From contig JASFLY010000028.1 in NCBI GenBank assembly GCA_050117845.1, forward strand, positions 1-34,234: 34,234 nt of DNA, written 5' to 3'. Every line of letters starts with the position of its first letter. Positions within the stretch are counted from its first letter, which is position 1. A program made the translations under genes and the position numbers. Below, piece after piece: positions 27,066 to 34,234 of this stretch. Source of the DNA: Candidatus Zixiibacteriota bacterium. GTDB lineage: Bacteria > RBG-13-66-14 > B26-G2 > WVWN01. The notes under the pieces are model-generated. The model made no database searches, had not been told where the DNA came from, and saw only the letters and a list, made by a program, of their open reading frames with translations.

Positions 27066-27832
27066 CTATAAACTCCCTGCAAGGGTGCGATCTTGCCTTT
27101 CCTGCTTATACGGTCTAAAAAGGCGAGGCCCTCCGGTACGCACATAATCGCTTCACATTTCACATATCCGGTCCGGCCGTCCCGGGTGATTATTTCCGCA
27201 TGAAAATCGGGACTCGTGGAGCGTGAGAAACCCTCGACGAGCCCTACCCGCTCGCGTATCTCCAACTCGAAAAGCTCGAAACCGAAAGGTTCGAAGTAGA
27301 CTATCGCGTTATCCGCTACGACTATTACTTCGGCCCCAAAGGTACCCGTTTCCATGACGCCCTCGCGGCCGTCCTTTAACCGCACGAGCGAGATTACGTT
27401 GGCCCCTATCCCGTATACATACACGGGCCCGGCCTGGACCGGCGTTCCGTACTCCAACCGTTCTAGGACGTGGTCGTCGGCGCCGTAATGCCCCTTTTCG
27501 TACAGGGGAGTTCCGTCAACGATAACGACGTACGGCGTGTCGTAAATCCCTACGAAATAACCGAAGGAGGCCGATTCCACGCCGCCTTCCCGGCCGTCGC
27601 CTAGCGTTACCCCCCAATATTCCGACGGCACTTCTCGGGGGTCTTTGGGTTGCCGGGGCGTCACGGGGGTACCGGCCTCCAGGCGGTCGATAATGTAATC
27701 ATCCTCGCCGAAGTGGCCCACGTCGTATAGGGGAGCGTCATCCACGAGTACAACGTACTCCGGATCGGCGGCCAGCGCGGCCGAGGCCGCGGCCAGGGCT
27801 ATAATCAAAAACGAACGTACGACGGCCTTCAC
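27062..27832 (-). CDS. Secreted protein with three SH3b-like repeats, paralog C
   Basis: Signal peptide (ASAALA); repeats YVV.VD..PLY..GH.G.DD...RLE.GTPV...DGREG (twice) plus a third ending RDGRTGYV; SD GGGAGG. Confidence 0.7.
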   Translation of the reverse strand: MKAVVRSFLIIALAAASAALAADPEYVVLVDDAPLYDVGHFGEDDYIIDRLEAGTPVTPRQPKDPREVPSEYWGVTLGDGREGGVESASFGYFVGIYDTPYVVIVDGTPLYEKGHYGADDHVLERLEYGTPVQAGPVYVYGIGANVISLVRLKDGREGVMETGTFGAEVIVVADNAIVYFEPFGFELFELEIRERVGLVEGFSRSTSPDFHAEIITRDGRTGYVKCEAIMCVPEGLAFLDRISRKGKIAPLQGVYR

Positions 27833-27842
27833 CTCCCGGCCT

Positions 27843-28373
27843 TCATTTCTTCACGAACGTGAACGTGTGCTTGTGCTTGCGCTCGAACCGGAAGTGCCCC
27901 CCGGCCCGGACGCGCGCGATGGCGTCCTCCGCCTTCAGGTGGTGGTCGGAAAACGATAGGACGCCGGAAGGTTTGAGGACGCGCGCGAGTTCGGCCAGGA
28001 TCGCCTCCGGGTCGTCGAACTCGTGGAATACGTCGTAGAGGAGGATGACGTCGACGCTGGCGGCCTGGAGGCCCGTGGGGCCGCTGGAGCGGATCGTCTT
28101 GACGCGAGCGCAACCGGGCCCGCGGGTTAGCCTGCGCGCGGAGGCGAGGGCGAGGGGGTTGAGGTCCAGCGCGTACACCGTGCCGGTGGAGCCGGCGGCC
28201 CGTGCCGCCGCCGCGGTGAAGCCGCCGCGGCCGCAGCCGAAGTCGAGGACCGCGTCGCCCTCCTTGACGCCGGCCTCGGCCACCCAGTTCCGCGGGGGAT
28301 TGACGAAATCCCGTATCGCCGAGAATAGGACGAACGCGCGGAAATGGCATCCCGTCATCGGTTCCTCGGGCAT
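27843..28373 (-). CDS. Class I SAM-dependent methyltransferase
   Basis: VLDFGCGRG, VYALD, LARVLKPSG. ATG 28373 has SD GAGGTG; the ORF-track ATG 28421 is only 4 nt from a TATAAT box. Confidence 0.88.
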   Translation of the reverse strand: MPEEPMTGCHFRAFVLFSAIRDFVNPPRNWVAEAGVKEGDAVLDFGCGRGGFTAAAARAAGSTGTVYALDLNPLALASARRLTRGPGCARVKTIRSSGPTGLQAASVDVILLYDVFHEFDDPEAILAELARVLKPSGVLSFSDHHLKAEDAIARVRAGGHFRFERKHKHTFTFVKK

Positions 28374-28455
28374 AACGGCCACCTCGATTCGCGGGTCAAC
28401 TCGCGTTACGCATTTCTCCATCTACATTATATAATCATCCGCCTATACCGCAACT

Positions 28456-28478
28456 AAAAACCCGGCCGGGAGGCCGGG
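28456..28478 (-). terminator. Intrinsic terminator after TPR gene 1
   Basis: CCCGGCC-GGGA-GGCCGGG with an A5 run (U5 on the minus strand). Confidence 0.8.
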
Positions 28479-28499
28479 TCGTTCGCGACGTTCATCCCG

Positions 28500-29039
28500 C
28501 TATTTAAACGCCACCAGTTCCTGGAACCACTCCTCGTCGCGGTAGGCGGTGAAGTCGTCGTCGGTGGCGGCGAAGGCGTTGGACCCCGGTTTCAGGGAGA
28601 GCGCCTTGGCGAGGTGGTAACGGACCTTGTCGACGTTCTTTCGCCGGGCCCAGAAGCACGCGTAATTGTAGTGGTGGGCGGAGTCGTCGGGCTCGAGCGT
28701 GAGGGCGAGTTCGAAGTCGTGCTCGGCCTCGTCCAGCCGGCCCATAAATTCGTGGATGGCGGCCCGGGTGTTGTAGAAGCGGCCGCTGTCCGGGTCGACC
28801 TCGCGAAGGCGCTGCACGGCGTCCATCGCCTCGTCGAAATGGCCCAACCGGCCCAGCGTCATGCCCAGGCCCATCAGCGCCCGGGGGTTGCGGGGGTCGT
28901 CGGCCAAGAGGTCCTCGAAGACGGGCAACGCCTCCCGGTAGCGCCCCTGGCGGAGGTAATTGAGGGCTATGCTTATCTGGGCGTCGGCGCGGAGGGCGCG
29001 GACTTCGCGGTCGGAGGGGGAGCGTTTTGTGTCAACCAT
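28500..29039 (-). CDS. TPR protein, paralog 1
   Basis: About 4 TPRs; C-terminal YNYAC...ATDDDF..YR.EEWFQEL cap. Confidence 0.88.
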   Translation of the reverse strand: MVDTKRSPSDREVRALRADAQISIALNYLRQGRYREALPVFEDLLADDPRNPRALMGLGMTLGRLGHFDEAMDAVQRLREVDPDSGRFYNTRAAIHEFMGRLDEAEHDFELALTLEPDDSAHHYNYACFWARRKNVDKVRYHLAKALSLKPGSNAFAATDDDFTAYRDEEWFQELVAFK

Positions 29040-29047
29040 GGCGGGGG

Positions 29048-29076
29048 ATTATAATAAAAAACCAGGAATATTTCAA
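29048..29076 (-). promoter_or_regulatory. sigma70 promoter; leaderless or near-leaderless transcript
   Basis: TTGAAA-17 bp-TATAAT, with the ATG only 8 nt downstream and no SD. Confidence 0.7.
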
Positions 29077-29084
29077 GGGTATGT

Positions 29085-29113
29085 AAAAAAAATACCCGGC
29101 CGCTGGGCCGGGT
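29085..29113 (-). terminator. Intrinsic terminator after TPR gene 2
   Basis: ACCCGGCC-GCTG-GGCCGGGT with an A8 run. Confidence 0.8.
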
Positions 29114-29134
29114 TGTGTCATTTTTCGGATTACG

Positions 29135-29674
29135 TTATTTAAAGGCCGTGAGTTCCTGGAACCACTCCTCGCCGCGGAAGCGCTCGAGGTCGACGTCGGT
29201 CGCGGCGTAGACGTGGCTCGCGGGGTCGAGGCGCAGGGCTTCGGCGAGGTACTTGCGGCACTCCTCGGCGTTGCCCCGGGCCGCCCAGTAGCAGGCGAAG
29301 TTGTAGTGGTGGGTGGAGCCGGCGGGATCGAGGGCGATGGCCCGCTCGAAGTCGGCCCGCGCCTTCTCCAGGTCCCCCATGTATTCGTAGATAGACGCCC
29401 GGATGTCGTAGGCCCGGGCGTTGCTCGGGTTCTCCCGCAGGAGTCTCGTCACGACGTCCAGCGCCTCGTCGAAGCGTTGCAGGCGCCCCAGCGCCAGCGC
29501 CCGGCCGGTGGCGGCCCGCTCGTTGTCGGGAACGTCCGCCAGGACCTCGTCGAATATCCGGAGAGCGTCTTCGTCGCGCTTCTCCCGGAAGAAGTTCATC
29601 GCGACGGTAACTTGCCCCTCGGCCCGGATGCGCCGGGCCTCGTCTTCCGTAAGGTGCTTCTTCTCTTGTGCCAT
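29135..29674 (-). CDS. TPR protein, paralog 2
   Basis: Same length (179 aa) and motifs as paralog 1 (HHYNFAC, EEWFQELTAFK). Confidence 0.88.
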   Translation of the reverse strand: MAQEKKHLTEDEARRIRAEGQVTVAMNFFREKRDEDALRIFDEVLADVPDNERAATGRALALGRLQRFDEALDVVTRLLRENPSNARAYDIRASIYEYMGDLEKARADFERAIALDPAGSTHHYNFACYWAARGNAEECRKYLAEALRLDPASHVYAATDVDLERFRGEEWFQELTAFK

Positions 29675-29845
29675 GGCCTCGGGATGGAATTAGTGCGGTT
29701 GGCGAATATCGGGGGCGGCCGCTCGGGGCAGGCCGCGCCCCCCCGTTTCATATATAATATAATTTAATTTCATATAGTATAGCACATTCGACCGGGGCCG
29801 GGCAACCGGGCATATTTATAGTTTTTCGGATTTTCGGCGGCGGGC

Positions 29846-30023
29846 GCCGACCCGAAGGTCGGCCGCTACGTTCTCGTGCCACCGGCATTCCTGCCGGTGC
29901 GTCGTTCTCACCGACGGGAACGTCGGTGGCACACGTATCGCTTGATATTTTCGCCGACGGGAATGTCGGCGCCACCCGTAAATCTGCCGCAAAGATAAAG
30001 GGCGGCCCGCGGGTCGCCCTTAC
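29846..30023. repeat. REP-like palindrome cluster 2
   Basis: About five palindromes, e.g. revcomp GTAGCGGCCGACCTTCGGGTCGGC (29846-29869) and CACCGGCATTCCTGCCGGTG; same cores as cluster 1. Confidence 0.78.
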
Positions 30024-30049
30024 GTAAAGAGAGGAGAGGAAGGGAAGGT

Positions 30050-31573
30050 CTATTCCTCCCAGCCGTTGTGCGCGGCGTTGCCGCCCCACATCGGCCATCC
30101 GTCCGCGGACGGGTCCTTAACGTCCACGCAGAAAATGTTGCCGTAGTCCGTGCCGACGAAGACCTTCCCGTCCGAGACCGCCGGCTGGAATCGAATCGGC
30201 TCGCCGACGTTGAAGCGCCACAGTTCCTTGCCGTCGCCGGAACGGACGCAGAGGACGTCGCCGTCGGTGGAGCCGAAGTAGAGGTTGTCGCCCGCGTAGG
30301 AGGGGGGCGTCAGGGCCCGGCCGCCGCGCTCCTCGCCCTGCTTGAACTGCTTCTCCCAGATGATCTTGCCGGATTCGACGTCGACCGCCCGCACGGCGTC
30401 GCCCATGGCGTTGTAGGATTTGTTATCCAAAACGATGGGCCGGGAGCCCTGGTAGGCCCAGACGCCGGAGACGGTCCCGACGCCGACGTTGGACATGGCC
30501 TGGTCCAGCTTGGCCTCGCCCGGCGCCGAGCTGAAGCCCACCGACGCATCCAGCTCGTACTGCTCCTCGGCGTACTCGCTCTCCGGGTCGTGCACCAGGT
30601 AGTCGGCCTTGCCGTAGGCGTAGAGCTCGTCGGCGTTGTATATCTCGCCCGAGCCGCGGCCCAGGCCGGCGATGCCCTCGTACTGCTCCGTCGTTCCGCC
30701 CTCGCCCGCGACCTCCACGCGCTTCGAGACGTAGACCTCGTCGCCCACGACCCAGGGGGCCGAGGTGGCGAGCTTCTGGTCCTTCCACTTGAGCTCGCCG
30801 TCGTCGGCGTCGAAGTGGTAGACCGTCCCCTCCAGCGTCGAGCAGAAGACCGAGCCGCCGTTGATGACGGGCGCCGTGATGACCTCGCCTATGAGCGGCT
30901 GCTTCCATACCTCGCCGCCGTTCTCGAGGGCCCGGCAGGTGAGGTAGTGATGGCCGTCGCCGCCGGGGTAGGTGATGTAGATCTTGTCGCCCGCCGCCGC
31001 CGGTTGGGCCATGAGCGGGTCGCCCAGCCACTGGCTCCATACCTTCGTGCCCTTCTTGGCGTCGAGGACGTAGAGGATGCAGGATTCGGTGTTGAAGGCC
31101 ACGCGGCCGTTATGGACGATAGCCGCGGTCGGGCCGTCGTCGCCGCAGTGGTACTGCCAGCGGAGGTTGCCGTTCCCGGCGTCGAAGGCGTAGAAGTCGT
31201 AGGTTCCGAAGCCGCCGCCGACGTAGACCATGCCGTCGGCCACGGCCGGCGTGGCGAGCGGCCTGCCGTCGGGCACGTGGACCTTCCAGCCCTTGAAGCC
31301 GTTCGCGGTCTTGTAGGGCTCGGCCTTGATGGTCGCGTCGGTAACCAGGCCCTCGCCGCCGCCCTCGTCGTAGTTAACCTGCTCGGGCGAGCTGCCGACC
31401 ACGTCCTCGATAAACATTGGCTCGTTTAACTCGACCGAGGCCTGTTCGTTAAGGCCGGCGACGATTTCGTCGTCGGCCCGGGCGCTGTCGCCGGGCAAGA
31501 AAAGCAGGCCCAGGGCCAGGCCCATGGCCAAAAGCGCCGCCGCCAACCGGCCTATAACGCGGGATGAAGACAT
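30050..31573 (-). CDS. Secreted PQQ-like (BamB-type) beta-propeller repeat protein
   Basis: Signal peptide; repeated TPAV..G.VY.G....YA.D...G...W; C-terminal WPMWGGNAAHNG; SD GGAGGT. Confidence 0.85.
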   Translation of the reverse strand: MSSSRVIGRLAAALLAMGLALGLLFLPGDSARADDEIVAGLNEQASVELNEPMFIEDVVGSSPEQVNYDEGGGEGLVTDATIKAEPYKTANGFKGWKVHVPDGRPLATPAVADGMVYVGGGFGTYDFYAFDAGNGNLRWQYHCGDDGPTAAIVHNGRVAFNTESCILYVLDAKKGTKVWSQWLGDPLMAQPAAAGDKIYITYPGGDGHHYLTCRALENGGEVWKQPLIGEVITAPVINGGSVFCSTLEGTVYHFDADDGELKWKDQKLATSAPWVVGDEVYVSKRVEVAGEGGTTEQYEGIAGLGRGSGEIYNADELYAYGKADYLVHDPESEYAEEQYELDASVGFSSAPGEAKLDQAMSNVGVGTVSGVWAYQGSRPIVLDNKSYNAMGDAVRAVDVESGKIIWEKQFKQGEERGGRALTPPSYAGDNLYFGSTDGDVLCVRSGDGKELWRFNVGEPIRFQPAVSDGKVFVGTDYGNIFCVDVKDPSADGWPMWGGNAAHNGWEE

Positions 31574-31658
31574 TTTCGGAACCTCCGGGTTATTCCAAAT
31601 ATATAATCGCGTTCATTTGCTTATTCGACTATATTTAAGCGCCCGAGGTTTAAATAAG

Positions 31659-31682
31659 AAAAAGCCGCCCTTGCGGGCGGCT
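31659..31682 (-). terminator. Terminator at the left edge of the AT-rich island
   Basis: AGCCGCCC-TTGC-GGGCGGCT with an A5 run. Confidence 0.8.
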
Positions 31683-31861
31683 ATCTTCGATTCGGACAAC
31701 GGTTCACGTGTTGCATGTTTAATGATTAATAATAAACCTGACGGGTTTTCTTTAAGGTAATCTCGAATTACGACGATACGACGGGCCGTAGCTGTCGTAA
31801 CCTTGGATAATCGTCCGTAGTTTTTAGGAATCGCCAAATCGTATCGAACTGGGAGGTTCTA

Positions 31862-33304
31862 TTATAAAGACTGTACGATATTATTCCCTTCTGGGTTAAA
31901 AGATAGGGCGTGTACTATCAGACTTGAAGAATCAGCAGTATTGAACCCGGTAGCATCCCACACAATATCCAAGAGTTTAACTTCCCCCGAAAACAAACTG
32001 GTTATCCATACGAAACGCGGGTAATTTTCCGTAAGAGTTTTAAATTTCTCACTGGCGCTAAATAAAACCGACTTTTTAATATCTTTTTTATAATCAATTT
32101 GCCTTCTTAATTGAATATCCCATTCATATTCTTCTTTCCATAATCCTATATCCCTTATAGCGTCTGTTAAAGTTTCGACGAAACCGAATACGTTCTCGTA
32201 ACGTATTCTTATTTTATGATATACTGGTATTATAACGTACCAAGGTATGACTTCGGAAGATCCCCCTACTTCCCGCGGATCCCACGTCGTATCCAAACAA
32301 CCGGGAGTAGAAAATTCCATTTTCGCAAAAGGTCCTATTTGATCGTCGTGGCCGTAGAACTTATCTATATAATCTGCCTTTAAAGGGATATCATGCGGTG
32401 TCTCGAGAGGGACTTCTCCCCGGCTATAACCAGCAACCGTAATTGCGTGCCCTTTGTTATCGGTGAATTTTATTAATAGGATTACCGGCAATTTGCAACC
32501 TAGATATGCCGCTACGTATCTCCGAAGTAGTAGAGTATCCGCGCGGTTTTCAGCGTCCCGCGGTTGCCTTAATTCGAATTCTAATCCTTCATTCTTTATC
32601 GCTGAACAAACTTGGAACGAATTTAAACCCTGAGAGGGCATCTTCCTTTTTAGTGTTAACGAGCTTTTTGACGCAGCGTCCGTTATCTCAGACGGCGCAG
32701 GTATTTTCGTCCCGAATAGATTACTGATTTGATGGAAGGCTGACCACAAAGAAATAGTCGCGCAAGCTGCTACTACGGCGTCTTGCTCCTGGAACGCAAG
32801 GCTCTCTATTTGGAACTCTATTCCTGCAACGTGTGTTTCGTAAAGGTGTGTAGCCCCGAAAAACCGCGACCTCCCGTCCTTACTGTACAAATATAAACAA
32901 GTCCTACCGACCATCGCATCGGGCAAAGGTTTAATAACTACGTAGCCTAAATATTCATCTTTTAGTGCTTTTATAAATTCCCCTTCGCCCTCCTTCATCT
33001 CTTCGGCGATAATGCAATCCCGGAATTCTACTTCGGTGAAATCGAAACCGAAAAAGTGTAGCCGCGCGCACGTCCTTTTTACTTCGCCGAAACACCTCGC
33101 GTAGTAATTAACATAATCGTGGAGAAAATCGCCATCGGTGTAGTTTTCTTCTACCACTATGGTTTTACACTTTACCGCTGGCGAGACTAAATAGTTGTAA
33201 ATATATCCTAAACGGCCGTTTCTCTTCGTATTACAATTAGGTTCGGCGCTGGCCGTAGCCAGCGCCGAATTAAAGCCTGCTTCGTTAAACGGAAATACTC
33301 TCAT
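31862..33304 (-). CDS. Cytoplasmic hypothetical protein with putative papain/C39-like Cys-His-Asp protease domain (AT-rich)
   Basis: FQEQDAVVAACAT (Q...C), GHAITVAGY, YGHDDQIGP in papain-fold order; no signal peptide. Function is inferred. Confidence 0.7.
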   Translation of the reverse strand: MRVFPFNEAGFNSALATASAEPNCNTKRNGRLGYIYNYLVSPAVKCKTIVVEENYTDGDFLHDYVNYYARCFGEVKRTCARLHFFGFDFTEVEFRDCIIAEEMKEGEGEFIKALKDEYLGYVVIKPLPDAMVGRTCLYLYSKDGRSRFFGATHLYETHVAGIEFQIESLAFQEQDAVVAACATISLWSAFHQISNLFGTKIPAPSEITDAASKSSLTLKRKMPSQGLNSFQVCSAIKNEGLEFELRQPRDAENRADTLLLRRYVAAYLGCKLPVILLIKFTDNKGHAITVAGYSRGEVPLETPHDIPLKADYIDKFYGHDDQIGPFAKMEFSTPGCLDTTWDPREVGGSSEVIPWYVIIPVYHKIRIRYENVFGFVETLTDAIRDIGLWKEEYEWDIQLRRQIDYKKDIKKSVLFSASEKFKTLTENYPRFVWITSLFSGEVKLLDIVWDATGFNTADSSSLIVHALSFNPEGNNIVQSL

Positions 33305-33308
33305 TCGG

Positions 33309-33455
33309 TTATCGGTTAATCTCGAATTCGTAAAACTCCGGCCCGATATCCGAAAACCGGTCTAACTTCTCTAAAGCTTTTTCGTAAACGTCTTTCCGCT
33401 TTTCTATCTGCTCCGCGATGGCTTTAAGCTTGTCGTCCTTCTCTGCCTCCGCCAT
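33309..33455 (-). CDS. Unannotated 48-aa charged helical peptide MAEAEKDDKLKAIAEQIEKRKDVYEKALEKLDRFSDIGPEFYEFEINR
   Basis: Strong SD AAGGAGGT, ATG 33455, TAA 33311-33309; the next ATG follows 4 nt later. Confidence 0.72.
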   Translation of the reverse strand: MAEAEKDDKLKAIAEQIEKRKDVYEKALEKLDRFSDIGPEFYEFEINR

Positions 33456-33491
33456 CTTACCTCCTTAATAAGATATATTAATTCTTACAGA

Positions 33492-33519
33492 AGTATAACA
33501 GAAAATCAGTACTTGTCAA
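33492..33519 (-). promoter_or_regulatory. sigma70 promoter of the island operon
   Basis: TTGACA (33519-33514)-16 bp-TATACT (33497-33492), with TG extension. Confidence 0.75.
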
Positions 33520-33576
33520 CGAACAATTAGATTTAAAATCCCGGACTTTGTATAACCATAACCTATTTTAAATAAT

Positions 33577-33602
33577 AAAAGCCGCCCCGGAGGGCGGCTT
33601 TT
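33577..33602. terminator. Bidirectional terminator at the right edge of the island
   Basis: AAAAGCCGCCC-CGGA-GGGCGGCTTTT. Confidence 0.85.
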
Positions 33603-33621
33603 CCCTTTCGCGGTTGAGGAG

Positions 33622-34233
33622 TTAACGGTACATCGCCTTGATTTTACCCATGGACGCCGGCGAGACGTTCATGTCGCCGGGGCAATGGATTTTGAGTATC
33701 TCGGCTACGGGCCGCGTGCAGCCCGCCCACAGGTATTCGCCCTCGTAGCAGATCCCGACCAGGTGGCGTTTGCTGTAGCCGCGCATGTACCAGAACGAGC
33801 CGATCATGGAACCGGTGGTGGTATGGCCGATCAACGGCCCGCCGGCTCCCCAGAGGACGTTGTTGCGCCAATCCCAGGCGACGTCGTACGGGGCGACTCC
33901 CATGGGTAGAAAGGACGAAATGATGCTGCCGGTGAAGAGGTTGTGGAGGTAGATATAGGGTATTTCCACGGGGGCGTCCCGGCCTGTGGCGGGGCCGCCC
34001 ATAATATCCGCTATCGGGGGCACGTACGAAGCCCACATCTGCGTGGCGCCGGTGCCGCCGTCGCCGGTGTTTCTGAGCGATAAGCCGCCGTGCATGTCGT
34101 GAGTCGTGGGGAACGAGGAGATAACGTTGCCGAGGTTGGGATAGCGGACGCGGTAGACGTAGTCGCCGGAGTAGTCGCCGACGTACAGGTATTTGCCGTC
34201 GCCGTAGGCCAGGCCCTTGGTATAGTAGCCCCA
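33622..34233 (-). CDS. 5'-truncated beta-propeller-like protein with a conserved C-terminal tail
   Basis: Frame stays open beyond the ORF-track ATG to the window edge (WGYYTKGLAYGDGKYLYVGDY...); repeats GNVISSF/TGSIISSF/TGSMIGSF; ends VSPASMGKIKAMYR. Confidence 0.8.
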   Translation of the reverse strand, partial: WGYYTKGLAYGDGKYLYVGDYSGDYVYRVRYPNLGNVISSFPTTHDMHGGLSLRNTGDGGTGATQMWASYVPPIADIMGGPATGRDAPVEIPYIYLHNLFTGSIISSFLPMGVAPYDVAWDWRNNVLWGAGGPLIGHTTTGSMIGSFWYMRGYSKRHLVGICYEGEYLWAGCTRPVAEILKIHCPGDMNVSPASMGKIKAMYR

Positions 34234-34234
34234 G

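Noticed and set aside
30050..31573. Calling this gene bamB or a PQQ dehydrogenase
   Set aside because: No lipobox Cys, no recognisable dehydrogenase catalytic motifs and no bam/der context; only the propeller repeat is supported.
31613..31837. 74-aa ORF downstream of and in frame with the protease-like gene
   Set aside because: TTG start without a clear SD, separated by two stops (TAA TAG) so read-through is unlikely, and it runs through the terminator.

Overview
High-GC bacterial chromosomal window, mostly cell-envelope genes, probably from a poorly characterised Gram-negative-type lineage (inferred from lipoproteins, a putative outer-membrane barrel and shared C-terminal tails; taxonomy cannot be fixed from this window). 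Recognisable core: valS, initiator tRNA-fMet, a WbpB/D/E/I-like diacetamido-uronic-acid operon with a GT4, a B12-binding radical SAM enzyme, AmmeMemoRadiSam protein B, a DUF318/SO_0444-type metal permease, four GT-C-like membrane proteins, several secreted beta-propellers, and tandem SH3-like and TPR paralogs between two GTAG-type REP clusters. Best finding, absent from the ORF track: a complete ribosome-mediated attenuator upstream of valS (promoter, 22-aa leader with six consecutive Val codons, mutually exclusive antiterminator and terminator). Other leads: a shared C-terminal tail VxPxS(L/M)G(R/K)(V/I)KA(L/M)(F/Y)R on two dissimilar beta-propeller proteins, an AT-rich two-gene island (unannotated 48-aa peptide plus papain/C39-like Cys protease) between near-identical terminators, a structured ncRNA/leader candidate at about 21764-21930, and a repeat family flanking one propeller gene. 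All calls are by eye; no database searches were run.
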